Assembly: GCF_032444005.1 (NCBI RefSeq)
Contig: NC_091284.1
Span: 650,628,001-650,692,000 of the forward strand
DNA: 64,000 bases
Source: Ranitomeya imitator
Lineage: Eukaryota
Direction: 5' to 3'
Shown piece by piece: positions 28,966 through 41,800 of this stretch. Both the position numbers and the translations under genes were made by a program. How positions within the stretch are numbered: the first letter of the stretch is position 1; every line of letters begins with the position of its first letter. The notes beneath the pieces are model-generated. The model saw only the letters and a list, made by a program, of their open reading frames with translations. It was not told the DNA's origin and did no database searches.

Positions 28966-29506
28966 TGTAATATCCATGGCCCCTTACCAGCCTGAGAATA
29001 CCAGCCCCCAGCTGTGAGCTTTAGCAAAACTGGTTGTCAAAAAAAGGGGGGGCCCTACGCCATTTTTTTAAAATTATTTATTTAAATAATTTTAAAAAAC
29101 AGCGTGGAACCCCTCTATTCTTGATAATAAGCCTGTTGAAGCTGACAGCTCAGGGTTAAAGCCCCCAAATGTGAGTTTTGCCTGGCTGTTTAAATTTATT
29201 TATAGCGCAGGCGGCGGCTGATGAATGCCCCATCAGCAGCTCCTACTGTCACTGTTATTAGCGGCAGCAGGGGTAAGCTGATAGGAGTAATAGCCCCATC
29301 AGCTGCCACCTGCTGTCTCTTTTATCATTTAAATATAACTCATCATTCTCCTCTGCTCGCACCAATTGCCGGCAGAGCAGGGGAGAATGATGAGAGCCGT
29401 GTTCAGCACCTGGCACCAGGGAACAGCGCTTACTGTAACGCTTCTTCCCTGGCGCCCGTCCGTGTGGTACTGATGAGGCACACGCATGCCATAAGTGTGC
29501 CGCAAG

Positions 29507-29541
<35 letters not shown>

Positions 29542-30200
29542 CACTGACATCTCTGGTACCGGAAATATCAGAGTGTGCTAACAAACACTAAAAGACCTTT
29601 TTTATTGCAAAATAATAGTTTTTGCAGCACCATATTTTGAGAGCTATAATTTTTCCATATTTTGGCCCACAGAGTCATGTGAGGTCTTGTTTTTTGAGGG
29701 AGGAGTTGACGTTTTTATTGGTACCATTTTCGGGCACATTTTTGACATTTTTGATCGCTTTCTATTCCAATTTTTGGGAGGCACAGTGAACAAAAACCAG
29801 CAATTCATGAATTTCTTTGGGGGGGTTGTTGTGCCATTCCGTGTGTGGTAAAATTGATAAGGCAGTTTTATTCTTCGGGTCAGTACAATTAAGGAAATAC
29901 CTCATTTATATTTTGTTTTATGTTTTGCCGCTTATATATAATAAAAACTATTTTAAAGAAAAAATGATTTTTGCATCACTTTATTCTGAGAGCTATAACT
30001 TTTTTAATTTTTCTGCTGATGGAGCTTGTTTTCTGTGGGACAAGAAGACGTTTTCAGCGGTACCATGTTTATTTATATCTGAATTTTTTATCGTGTTATT
30101 CCACTTTCAGTTTGGTGGTTTGATCGTAAAGCATAGCTTTTTGCCTTGTTTTTAGTTTTTTTAAGGTGTTCAATAAAGGGGTTAACTAGTGGGACAGTTA

Positions 30201-31035
30201 GGCTATGTGCACACGTTGCTGAATTGCCGCGGAAATTTCCGCATGCAGAATTGTCATGTGTTTTCCCGCTAAACACTAGTGTTTTGCAAGCGTAATTAGC
30301 TTGCAGAATGCTAGCGTTTTCCAAGCTATCTGTAGCATCGCTTGGAAAACTGAATGACAGTGTTTGACAAGTGTGACCAACTTTTTACTATTTATTCTGC
30401 CTATGCAGCATCAATAGTAAAAAGATATAATGTTAAAAATAATAAAAAAAATTGTGATATTCACACCTTCCGGCGTCCCCCGCAGCCTTCCCGATCCTTG
30501 CGATGCTCCCGGCAACTCCCATTCCCAGTGATGCCTCGCGGCAATGACCCCAGATGACGTAGCATCACGCGACACCACTACGTCATCACAGGTCATTGTC
30601 GCAAGGCATCACTGGGAACAGGAGCTGCCAGGAGCATCCCTAAAGCCTGGGCTGGATCCGGGGGCCACCAGAAGGTGAGTATATAACTATTTTTTATTTT
30701 ATTTTATTAACAGGGATATGGTACCCAGGCCCTGGAGGAGAGTCTCCTCTCCTCCACACCCGGGTACCATCCGCACATGGTCCGCTTACTTTGCACATGG
30801 TGGGCATAGCCCCATGCGTAAAGTAAGCGGATCAATGCATTCCTATGTGTGCGGAATCGCCGCGATTCCGCACAAAGAATGAGCATGCTGCGTATTTTTC
30901 CGCGATAAGATTCTGCTGCAGAAAAATACACAGCATTAGCACAGCTTTGCGGAATCCCACTGAATTCAATGGGCTGTGTGTGTATGAGTTTTTGTGGCAA
31001 AAATGCATACAATCCGCAAAGTGTGCATATAAGCC
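30201..31035. mobile_element. PIF/Harbinger-type MITE
   Basis: TTA|GGCTATGTGCACAC ... GTGTGCATATAAGCC|TTA. Confidence 0.7.
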
Positions 31036-32319
31036 TTATAGGTCGGGTCGTTGCAGACGCGGGGATACCAAATATGTGTACATTTATTGTTTTTTTTCAT
31101 TCAAATATTTAGAGATAAAATATATATTGATTTTTTATTATTTTAGATTTTATTTTCCAAATATTTTTACAATTAAACATTTTTCTTTCTTACTTTTTTT
31201 TTACTGAGTCCCACTACGGGGTAATCATTTTTTGTAGGCTGATCGCTTCTATAGCATGGAGATGAAGCAGCATTGGCGTGCCATAGGAACTGTCAGCTCT
31301 GCACTGACAGAGACTTGCTGATCATGCACTATGTTAGCACCATGCCGAATCCCTGCTCTGACAGGCAGGGTCTCCGGCGTGTCACTTCACTCACCAATGC
31401 TGCGGACAGTTCTTTCCTTTCCCATGCTCTGCATACTTCCAGACGGTCCTCTAGCCATGTCCTTAGGGCACGCGCACTCCCATCCTGTTAAAGGGCCAGC
31501 GCGTGCACTTGCTATTTCCTCCCCAGCCAATGGTTAAGAGGCATTAGGTATATATTGCTTCCTCTCCACTGGGGAGGTGCCTGAGGAACCTTCCTGTTTG
31601 CAGTCTATGTTGTGTAAGGTTGCATGATCCTGCCTGCTGCACTACCATGCAGCTCACGATGACGTAATATTCCATCCTAGGTCAAATAGGCCCACGTCAC
31701 ATGGACGGAATATTACATCCAATGTCAGAAAGGGGTTAAAAACAAAGGGCATTTAAGTCACACCATCCCAGTGGCACATCTCTTTGGATGCCCATCAGTA
31801 TCCCTACGATCACAGCCAGTAACCTTTGCTGCCATCTTGGTATTTCTGTGCTGTCACAGGCTGGGCTTCATAGGAGACCATGATTTGTACTAAATAATGC
31901 TATACTGAAGTACTGCAGTATACTGTACAGGCAATGAAAAGATCATAAGTTCAATACCTGCATGGGGAATAAATAATAAAGTGTAATGTGAAAGAAAAAA
32001 TAAATAACTTAAATCCCCTACTGTTCCCCATTTCAGAATAATAAAAGATAAGCACATTTCATACTGCCACTTTTGTAAAAGTTCGATCTTTGAGCATATA
32101 AAATTTTTAAATTCACATTGCAAATACTGTAAAGAAAAGAAGCAGCAACATTGTTTTGTTTTGTTTTTTTGTCACCATAGGGTGACTGAAACGCCGTATG
32201 ATTTATTATATCGCCTCACCACAGGGAAAAAAAAAAAAGTTATGGGTCTTATAAACTGAGGACACAAGTTATTTATTTTTTTAAAGCTACTGAAATAATA
32301 ACATTAGAAACAGAGACCA

Positions 32320-32830
32320 CTGCAACATCCTATATATCCATGTAATTTGAGACCGCCCCGAAGAAGCTCATGCGAAACGCGCGTGGGGGCTGCACTGGAC
32401 CGCACATAACGCAGGCACACTCATAGGTAAGCTGTCCCTCCACTAGATTGTTCTCTATATTCTTGCTTGGTGCTCCACTTGATTATTACAGTTATGCCAT
32501 GTGGCAGGGTTGTGCATGATACTCTTTGTGCGCGGGGCATATGTGCAATTACCAAGATTAGAGCGTGTCAATTAACCCTATAGTGACATACTTGACATTG
32601 ACTTCTAGATTTCATTCGCACAAAGCACTCTATGCTGTTATTCTGGAGGAACAGTTTTCCCTGATCCTGTTTATTCATTGTGATGTGGTCTAGTCCTTAC
32701 AGCTGAGCCTTTTTTGTCTGTTTGACTTGTATCGCATATTTACTGTCTTGTTATCTTTTTTTATGCTTAATTATTTAAATAAACTTCGTTTAATATACAT
32801 CCTTGGACTTTAACTCTGTTGTTTTTTGTA
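32320..32830 (+). mobile_element. Penelope-like element terminal repeat (pLTR) remnant with a degenerate hammerhead motif
   Basis: CCCCGAAGAAGC-TCAT-GCGAAACGCGCGTGGGG at about 32356-32390, then AG|GTAAGC donor, AATAAA and a T-rich end. Confidence 0.5.
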
Positions 32831-33179
32831 GGATATATTATATATGAAATAATAACATTATACAAGTTTGATATCACCATAATTGTACTCAACTGGGGAA
32901 TTGTGTTATCATATCATTTTTACCACTCAATGAACGCCATAAAAACAAAACCCAAAGAACAATGGCGGAATCACGTCTGTTTTTTCCCCACCATTTCACA
33001 GGACATTATATTAAAAAGTGAATGGCATCTTTCAAAACTACAACTCATCCTCCGAACAAGCCTTGATACGACCATGCTGATGAAAAAAAACAAAAAAAAG
33101 TTATTGGAAGAAAAGGAGGAAAAAATGAAAATGCTAAATATATTTGCTGCGTCACTAGGAGCTGGGACGGAACGGAATG

Positions 33180-33425
33180 TGGGCAGCACGGTGGTGCAGT
33201 GGATAGCATCCCCACCAAGGACAACATCTGCAAAGAGTTTGTATGTTCTCTCCGTGTTTGTGTGGGTTTCCTCCAGGTACTCCGGTTTCCTCCCACATTC
33301 CAAAGACATACTGATAGGGAATTTAGATTGTGAGACCCATCGGTGACAGTGATGATAATGTGTGCAACCTGTAAAGCGCTGCGGAATATGTTAGCGCTAT
33401 ATAAAAATAAAGATTAATATTATTT
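33180..33425 (+). mobile_element. tRNA-derived V-domain SINE with a LINE-derived tail
   Basis: GGCAGCACGGTGGTGCAGTGG A-box head. GTTTGTATGTTCTC..GTGGGTTTCCTCC.GGTACTCCGGTTTCCTCCCAC core. GTAAAGCGCTGCGGAATATGTTAGCGCTATATAAA tail. Confidence 0.75.
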
Positions 33426-33462
33426 AGTTTCATGGATTAAAACTGATAATTTATAGATCAGA

Positions 33463-34812
33463 CTAGATGGTGTCCCGATTCTATTGCATCGGGTATTCTA
33501 GAATATGTATGTCGTTTATTGATGAAGTTTTGAGAATAATGCAATTTACACACAGGATTCGGCCAGCCGCGACCAATTAGCGAAGCGTGGTTCAAATTCC
33601 GTGCCAATTCGCGGGCGGACTGCGCCTGTCACTGATTGTTCGCGGCTGAGCGTGACCAATCACTGAAGCCAGGGCCGGCTCCAGGTTTTTGAGGGCCCCG
33701 GGCGAATACATACCACGATTCATAATGCACAGATACAGCAGAGAAATATACCACAGCCAAGTAGCGTATAACACAGCCCACGTAGTATATAACACAGCCC
33801 ACGTAGTAAATAGCACAGACACGTAGTATATAGCACAGGCCACGTAGTATATAACACAGCCCACGTAGTAAATAGCACAGCCCACGTAGTAAATAGCACA
33901 GACATGTAGTATATTGCCCAGCCACGTAGTATATTGCCCAGCCACGTAGTATATAGCACAGCCACGTAGTATATAGCACAGACGTAGTATATAACAGCCC
34001 ATGCAGTATTTAACACAGGCCACGTAGTATATAGCACAGCCCACATAGTATATAGCACAGAGATGCAGTATATTGCCCAGCCACGTAATATATACCACAG
34101 CCACGTACTATATAGCACAGCGATGTAGTATATTGCCCAGCCACGTAATATATACCACAGCCAACGCAGTATATAGTACAGAGACATAGTATATAGCACA
34201 GAGATGTAGTATATAACACAGCCCACGTAGTATATAATATTAAAAAAAGAATTAAAATAAAAAATAGTTATATATTCACCCTCCGTCAGCCCCCCGGATC
34301 CAGTCGAGGCGTTTACCGATGCTCCTCGCGTTGCTCCGGTCCCAAGAGTGCATACATCGTCTCGCGAGACCGCAATGCATGGACCGGTCACCGGAGCATC
34401 GCGAGGGGCGGGAAAGGCCTCGGCTGGATCCGGGGGCCAACGGAGGGTGAGTATATAATGATTTTTTTAATTTTTTTTTAATTTTTAACATTAGATCTTT
34501 TTACTATTGATGCTGCATAGGCAGCATCAATAGTAAAAAGTTGGTCACACAGGGTTAATAGCAGCGTTAACGGAGTGCATTACACCGCGGCATAACGTGG
34601 TCCGTTAACGCTGCCATTAACCCTTTGTGAGCGCTGACTGGATGGGATTATGGAGTGGGCACTGACTGCGGGGAGTAAGGAGCAGCCATTTTGCCGCCGG
34701 ACTGTGCCCGTCGCTGATTGGTTGTGGCCGTTTTGCCGCGACCAATCAGCGACTTGGGATTTCCGAGACAGACAGAAAGACGGATGTGACCCTTAGGCAA
34801 TTATATAGTAGA
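33463..34812 (-). mobile_element. Non-autonomous Helitron with an internal minisatellite, starting at intron position +10
   Basis: On the minus strand: A|TCTACTATATAA at 34812, hairpin and CTAG|T at 33463. Same family as 4023-5112 and 19348-20525. Confidence 0.85.
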
Positions 34813-34821
34813 TGACTCCAC

Positions 34822-34939
34822 CTGTAGGAATATGAACGATTCTCACTGCGCTGTCCGTGGTATTGACATGTTGTCCTCCAGCCCCTTTGGCTCTGAATGT
34901 ATCAATTCTCAGTTCTTTGGGGTCAATTTTAATATCTAC
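34822..34939 (-). CDS. MTRF1: MTRF1 exon, 118 bp, containing the catalytic GGQ ([39 protein letters not shown])
   Basis: CAG acceptor and GTGGAG donor, phase 0/1. [15 protein letters not shown] motif. Confidence 0.97.
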
Positions 34940-35026
34940 CTGCAAAGAAAAAAAAGATGTTTTATACCCACTTTAACCGTAGGACTATGACATAAAAAGA
35001 TAGACTAGCCCTGCCACTTATATTAC

Positions 35027-35199
35027 CTCATCAGGCTGTGGGAGAACGATTACACTCATGGTTCCTGTGTGAATCCTCTGCATCCTAGAGGACAAGCCCA
35101 CCTCGGGAATCCGCTGAACCCTATGAATCCCACCTTCATATTTTAAGCGCTTGTATGCACCCTCGCCTATAATACGAGCAGCCGCATGGTGTAACCCGC
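35027..35199 (-). CDS. MTRF1: MTRF1 exon, 173 bp (GGLHHAAARIIGEGAYKRLKYEGGIHRVQRIPEVGLSSRMQRIHTGTMSVIVLPQPDE)
   Basis: CAG acceptor and GTAATA donor, phase 1/0. PEVGLSSRMQRIHT carries the mtRF1-specific GLS insertion. Confidence 0.97.
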
Positions 35200-35934
35200 C
35201 TGCAATGTGGATAGTATGTTTTAGGGAAAAAACAAAACACAATTTCCAATCCTTATCAGCTACACAATAAGAAATAATCAGTCCAAGTGTACAGTGAGCT
35301 CTAATACTGGAGGACATATGGCTCTGAAAGTGGATATATGGCTCGGATAGTGCACATAAACCCATTGAAAAGAAGGTGTTGGTGGGATAACCTAATATAT
35401 ATATGCAAGATAAGTGTTGACCCAACTTACAGATTTCATAGAGATGGGCTATAAATCTAATGTATATGGGGCCCCCTAGCTCCGGCTATCACAAGATAAC
35501 AAGGGAATAAGCCTTCTCCTGAGGGATTCGGTAGTAGTTTCTCTCCCTACACATAAATGTGCACACTTGGATGTCATTTCAAGTGTATGTTCAGTTATAG
35601 ACAAACCCTTATTATTTTTCAGATACCCAAAAAGTCCATTGTGAGTTAGAAGTTCTTGAACAAAGGTCATTTCCCTATGAATCATAATGTTCATACTGTC
35701 ACTACTACGCAATGATATCTGCCAGGGGCCCCCAGGATTGCTGTACCGAAGCACTGTCATCAGTCAGTCTGATTCTAACTTTATGGTGCAGTTTATTTTT
35801 AAGCCAAAGACAGGAGAGGAAGAATTGGTCATTGTTTTCAAAACACTGCATGTGTGATGCCATCATTTTCTAAAGATTATGTGAACAAGCATTTAGTCCT
35901 AAAAGTACAAAATAATGCAAAAAAAATACATTAC

Positions 35935-36042
35935 CATAGTCATTTTCTGTATAATTCAGAATCTCAAATGACCACGCCTTGTAATCAGCATAATTTCTGT
36001 ACATGTCAAAAACTTCACCAGTAAATTGTTGGCAAATGTCCC
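35935..36042 (-). CDS. MTRF1: MTRF1 exon, 108 bp (GDICQQFTGEVFDMYRNYADYKAWSFEILNYTENDY)
   Basis: CAG acceptor and GTAATG donor, phase 1/1. Confidence 0.95.
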
Positions 36043-36984
36043 CTGAAAAGAAACGCAGGTTTATAAGTGGAAGACTGTGTAAAGGCCCCCATGCACGTTA
36101 GATAGCGGTCTGCGATCTCCGGACTCCTCCATACACAGCAACACTTGTCCGAGCGTTCTCGGGTTTTCTATGACAGAGACCCTGCTGGAGTTTTCCGACA
36201 GTGGATATTGGCTTCTCTCCCTGAGACGAAAAGGATCCTTCTCTTCCTTGACATCATTTGTCGAAGAGTCAGGAGGTCCCCATACACACACTGTGAGCTG
36301 ATCGATTCTGCCAATATTGTTGGGTTCTTCCAACTTTACTCTAGTTTGCATGCAGGCCTCAAGATTCGAAAGGTAATGATTTCCAAACTTCTCTATAGCC
36401 AGACATAAATTAAATCACCCATGATATGGGTGTGACAAGCTAAATACTGTAGATTTTCATATGTAAAGTCAATGTAAGAATGGTGAGAATCCGACATCCT
36501 GAGCCCTCAGGATCATTTGTTAGCAGGTCCTCAGGTCCTGTGTATGAGCTGGAATAGCACAGCTCCGTACACTGTGTAGTGGCCGTTCTTGGGTACTGCA
36601 GATCAGCTCCTATTGAAGTCCATGTCACAGTTGATCAAGGATGTTGGATCAATCAGATACTGATTATTCTGTCGAGAGTCCATCAATAAAGCCCTGGCAA
36701 TCCCTTTAAGCGCTGAGAAACTTTCCTTCTCTTTTTACTATTATTCCACCTTCTAAATCATCTGACTATTTTTAGCCAAATTCAAAATAAAATCTATAAA
36801 ATTTAGGGATCAATTAGGCTGAAATGGGGTCTGAGTGGAAAGTAAAGAAGAAATGCACATTTATAGAAGTTCTGTGGTTTGTTTTGCTCGTTTTTTTAAG
36901 ACGGATTAGGTTTCTACAACGATGGACATATAAGTTGCTACAGTAAATATGTCACATCCCTTTAAATAAAATAAGGGGGCTGAC

Positions 36985-37066
36985 CTCCAGTAGTTCTTCC
37001 GGACACAACCTCTAAAACAGCATCATTCATGTCGTATTTTTCCTGAGGCACAAGAAAATGTAGCAA
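36985..37066 (-). CDS. MTRF1: MTRF1 exon, 82 bp (LLHFLVPQEKYDMNDAVLEVVSGRTTG)
   Basis: TAG acceptor and GTCAGC donor, phase 0/1. GRTTGG carries the mtRF1-specific RT insertion. Confidence 0.93.
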
Positions 37067-37609
37067 CTAAAGAGAAAATAAAATACATTATTAAACAGGT
37101 TTAGCAAGAAAAAAAAACACTATGCTATTTATGTTAAAGATAAAGGTAAGTTCACACAGGGTGTTTTTTTGCTGCTTTTATACTAATTTTCAGCTGATTT
37201 TTACAATACCAGCAAAGCCTATGAGATATCAGAAATCTCATGCACACTGTTTTTTTGTGTGATCAGTACTTTGTGCTTTGCTGCGTTTTTTTGGACATAG
37301 AGCATGTCACTTCTTTCAGCGTTTTTGCGGTGTTTTTTCACCTATTGACTTGAATGGGTGTTGAAAAAAAACGCAGGTATCATTATTTGCTGCATTGTTG
37401 CTGCTGAAAATCCAAGGACATTAGCATGGACAAAGAGAGAAAAAAACGCACCAAATGCACAACAAAAAAACGCACAAAAACCTGCGTTTTTGATGCAGTG
37501 TTTTTCCTGCAGAAAAAAAAAGCAGCCAAAACGCAGTTTGCAGCCTGCTCATTGTAGACTTTTCTCATGTAGACAGGCTTCCCCCTGAATACATGCTGGA
37601 TATCTTTAA

Positions 37610-39922
37610 AGAAGCACTCCAATCAAAGTGTATCATATTATAAAGCACTGTGCACTGACAATTGCTCATTTTTCCTTTCTACCCAGCTAATTTTTCTCAT
37701 TTTCCATTAGGTCTATGACATCACGTGATTAAAAACTGACTAGCCGATTACCGTAGTTCTAAGCTCTATGTAGAAACAGGAGGTCTCTTTTCCCTGCATG
37801 AGTCATCATTGCAAAAGTCCCTGACAGGGAGATGAGGGAGCAGCTGAGTCAGGAGTTAAAAAGGGGAATGATTCATGCAGGGAAAAGAGACTTCCTGTTA
37901 CTACATAGCGCACAAAAAAAGAAAAGAATTTACTAGGTAGAAAGGCAAAATGAGCAATTGTAAGTACACAGTGCTGTATAATATGATGATTGCAGTATAC
38001 ACTGCTCAAAAAAATAAAGGGAACACTAAAATCCCACGTCCTAGATATCACTGGATGAAATATTCCAGTTGTAAATCTTTATTCATTACATAGTGGAATG
38101 TGTTGAGAACAATAAAACCTAAAAGTTATCAACATAAATCACAACAAATATCCCACGGAGGTCTGGAGTTGGAATGATGCTCAAAATCAAAGTGGAAAAT
38201 GAAGTTACAGGCTGATCCAACTTCAGTGGAAATGTCTCAAGACAAGGAAATGATGCTCAATAGTGTGTGGCCTCAACGTGCCTGTATGACCTCCCTACAA
38301 CACCTAGGCATGCTGCTGATGAGGTGGCGGATGGTCTTCTGAGGGATCTCCTCCCAGACCTGGACTAAAGCATCCGCCAACTCCTGGAAAGTCTGTGGTG
38401 CAACATGACGTTGGTGGATGGTGCGAGACATGATGTCCCAGATGTGTTCAATCGGATTCAGGTCTGAGGAACGGGCGGGCCAGTTCATAGCTTCAATGTC
38501 TTCATCTTGCAGGAACTGCTGACACACTCCAGCCACATGAGGTCTGGCATTGTCCTGCATTAGGAGGAACCCAGGGCCAACCGCACCAGCATATTGTCTC
38601 ACAAGGGGTCTGAGGATCTCATCTCGGTACCTAATGGCAGTCAGGCTACCCTCTGGCGAGCACATGGAGAGCTGTGCGGCCCTCCAAAGAAATGCCACCC
38701 CACACCATTACCCACTGCCAAACCGGTCATGCTGAAGGATGTTGCAGGCAGCAGATCGCTCTCCACGGCGTCTCCAGACTCTGTCAAGTCTGTCACATGT
38801 GCTCAGTGTGAACCTGCTTTCATCTGTGAAGAGCACAGGGCGCCAGTGGCGAATTTGCCAATCCTGGTGTTCTGTGGCAAATGCTAAGCGTCCTGCATGG
38901 TGTTGGGCTGTGAGCAAAACCCCCATTTGTGGACGTCGGGCACTCAGACCATCCTCATGGAGTCGGTTTTCTAACCGTTTGTGCAGACACATGCACATTT
39001 GTGGCCTGCTGGAGGTCATTTTGCAGGGTTCTAGCAGTGCTTCTCCTATTCCTCCTTGCACAAAGGCTGAGGTAGCGGTCCTGCTGCTGGGTTGTTGCCC
39101 TCCTGTGGCCCCCTCCACGTCTCCTGGTGTACTGGCCTGTCTCCTGATAGCGCCTCCAGCCTCTGGACACTACGCTGACAGACACAGCAAACCTTCTTGC
39201 CACAGCTCACATTGATGTTCCATCCTGGATGAGCTGAACTACCTAAACCACTTGTGTGGGTTGTAGAGTCCGTCTCATGCTACCACGAGTGTGAAAGCAC
39301 AACCAACATTCAAAAGTGACCAAAACATCAGCCAGAAAGCATCGGTACTGAGATGTGGTCTGTGGTCCCCACATGCAGAACCACTCCTTTATTGAGTGTG
39401 TCTTGATAATTGCCAATAATTTCCATATGTTGTCTATTCCATTTGCCCAACAGCATGTGAAATTGATTGTCAAACAGTGTTGCTTCCTAAGTGGACAGTT
39501 TGATTTCACAGAAGTTTGATTCACTTGGAGTTATATTCTGTTGTTTAAGTCTACGTTCACATTAGCGTTTTGCGTGTTTGCGTCGGGCGACGCAGCGGCG
39601 ACGCATGCGTCATGCGCCCCTATATTTAACATGGGGGACACATGGACATGCGTTGTGCTGCGTTGTGCGACGCATGCGTTTTTTTTGCCGCAAGCGTCGG
39701 GCGCAGAAAACGCAACAAGTTGCATTTTTCTTGCCTCCAAATTTCGGCAAAAACGACGCATGCGTCGCAAAACGCAGCGTTTTTGCGTGCGTTTTTATTT
39801 GCGTTGTGCGTTGCGTCGCCGATGCAGCGGCGCACAACGCAAATGTGAACGTAGCCTAAGTGTTCCCTTTATTTTTTTGAGCAGTGTATTAAGAAGATAC
39901 CAACTTTAATGGCAGTGTTTCT
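37610..39922. mobile_element. T2/Kolobok-type MITE hosting a Tc1
   Basis: TTAA|AGAAGCACT ... AGTGTTTCT|TTAA. Confidence 0.55.
38000..39886 (-). mobile_element. Tc1 transposon with a frameshifted transposase; Harbinger MITE at 39549-39856 inside one TIR
   Basis: TA|CACTGCTCAAAAAAATAAAGGGAACACT TIRs. FTDESRF, MQDNARPH and SSDLNPIEHIW on the minus strand in different frames. Confidence 0.9.
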
Positions 39923-40613
39923 TTAAGTCTGTAATTTATTTATACAGTATATATGTAAAAAAAATGATTGTATTTCTTTTGGCAATTAAAGTTAAGGGGC
40001 CATATAGTTGGTAACTGAAAAAAAAAAAATCAACATTAAAAAGCTTTGCTGTCCAATGGAAGGCTGCAAAATATCCAAGCATAGAGCATACAGTAGAAAA
40101 ATCCTACATTCAGCCCTCTCCTCAACCCACAAAGTGTATCCAAGAGGCAAGAAAGACAACATACAACATAGTGTGGACTAAAATCATGATCACCATGGTC
40201 CTGTGCCCACAGTTTACTTGGATTCATGGTCATACATGAGAAGTACAGCACTCAGAAACGGTAAATTGAGCTGTATTGAGCCAAACCCGCCAATTTGTGA
40301 AGGATCAGCCAACCTTCTAATGTGCAACCCTTTGATTCTGCAAGCAGATAGGCTGCTATCAGGTGATTTTGGCTTCAGTTTATTCCACTCTCCCAACAGA
40401 GGACCCCTGAACGCTTGTGTGAGCCGAGGATTTATGATGGGGAGTTGGGAGGGATAGCTGATGGCTGAATGAGCGTTCATCCAATAGTTATCTAAGGTGT
40501 ATGGGCACCTTAAATCTCCCCATTAGCAGACTGAGTGTGATCTTCTTTCCCTTCTTTGTACACAATACTGTGGGAACAATACTACCCACCCTGCTGCGTC
40601 CCACTGACCTTAA

Positions 40614-41409
40614 CCCCTTTCCGATGTTGGGCATAATAGTACGCCCATGTCGGACTCCCCCTGATTGGGCATATGACAGCTGATGTGTACAGCTGACATA
40701 TGCCTGCAACAGCTGCGGGTGGAATCACGATTCACCCACGGCTGTTAACTAGTTAAATTCTGCTGACAATTTCTCACAGCGGCATTTAACTTGCACCTAA
40801 CCGGAACCTTGTCACAAATCCCCCCCCATCAATGACCCCGTCACATGATCGCGGATCACTAATGGGTTGCCATGACAATCAGAGGTCTGCAGCAGACCTA
40901 TATGGTTGTCATTGCCAGTTTGCTATGAGTGCCACCCTGTGGTCGGCGCTCGTAGCAAGTGAGCATTTCTGCTACACACAGGCTATCTGATCATCGTCTG
41001 AGGGTAGCAGAAGCGGTCAAAGCAGTGCAGCGTCTAGTCTCCCATGGAGACTATTGAAGCATGCAAAAAGTTAAAAAAAACAAAAAACATTCTAAACAAT
41101 TTAAAAGAAATAAAGGTTCAAATCGCCCCCCTTTCGCCCCATAAAATAAAACAGTAAAAAAAAAAAAAAATCAAACCTACATTTGGTATCGCAGCGTTCA
41201 GAATCGCCCGATCAATATAAAAGAATTATCGCTAACAGCGTATTGAGAAAAAAAAATTAAAACCGCCAGAATTACGGGTTTTTTTTGGTCTCCGCTACAT
41301 TGCAATAACAGTCAATCAAAAGATCCTATCTACACCAAAATGGTATGAATAAAAACGTCAGCTCGGCGCACAAAAAATAAGCCCTCACCCAACCCCAGAT
41401 CACGAAAAA
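40614..41409 (+). mobile_element. Left part of a piggyBac-like non-autonomous element, cut off by DIRS
   Basis: TTAA|CCCCTTT start. 41040-41409 is paralogous to 51575-51970. Confidence 0.55.
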
Positions 41410-41701
41410 TAGGGATTTTTGTGTACTCACCATAAAATCCTTTTCTCCGAGCCATTCATTGGGGGACACAGACCATGGGTGTATGCTGCTGCCACCAGGA
41501 GGCTGACACTAAGTAATACAAAAAAAGTTAGCTCCTCCCCTGCAGTATACACCCTCCTGCTGGCTCCCAGCTAACCAGTTCGGTGCAAAAGCAGTAGGAG
41601 ATCAATAAAGACATATAAGCGTAAAACATGTCACATTATGTATGAGAGTGTAACATATCAAAAGATAAAAAACAAAGCATAAGCTAATAACAGGGTGGGA
41701 G

Positions 41702-41800
41702 CTGTGTCCCCCAATGAATGGCTCGGAGAAAAGGATTTTACGGTGAGTACACAAAAATCCCTATTTCTCCTTCGCCTCATTGGGGGACACAGACCATGGG
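41702..41800. repeat. DIRS internal complementary region (ICR)
   Basis: Reverse complement of the left terminus joined directly to the reverse complement of the right terminus (..AAAAATCCCTA|TTTCTCCTTCG..), i.e. the circle junction. Confidence 0.92.

Larger units (their letters stand above)
26196..31735. mobile_element. piggyBac-like non-autonomous element(s) with nested MITEs and a Tc1 fragment
   Basis: TTAA|CCCCTTT ... AAAGGGG|TTAA. Only 7 bp of terminal match, so this may be two adjacent copies. Confidence 0.45.

Noticed and set aside
29460-29525. CTGATGA-GGCACAC..GTGTGCC-GCAA, resembling a hammerhead core with stem II
   Set aside because: GAAA is replaced by GCAA and there is no stem III or UH site; the pairing is explained by the palindromic interior of a MITE.
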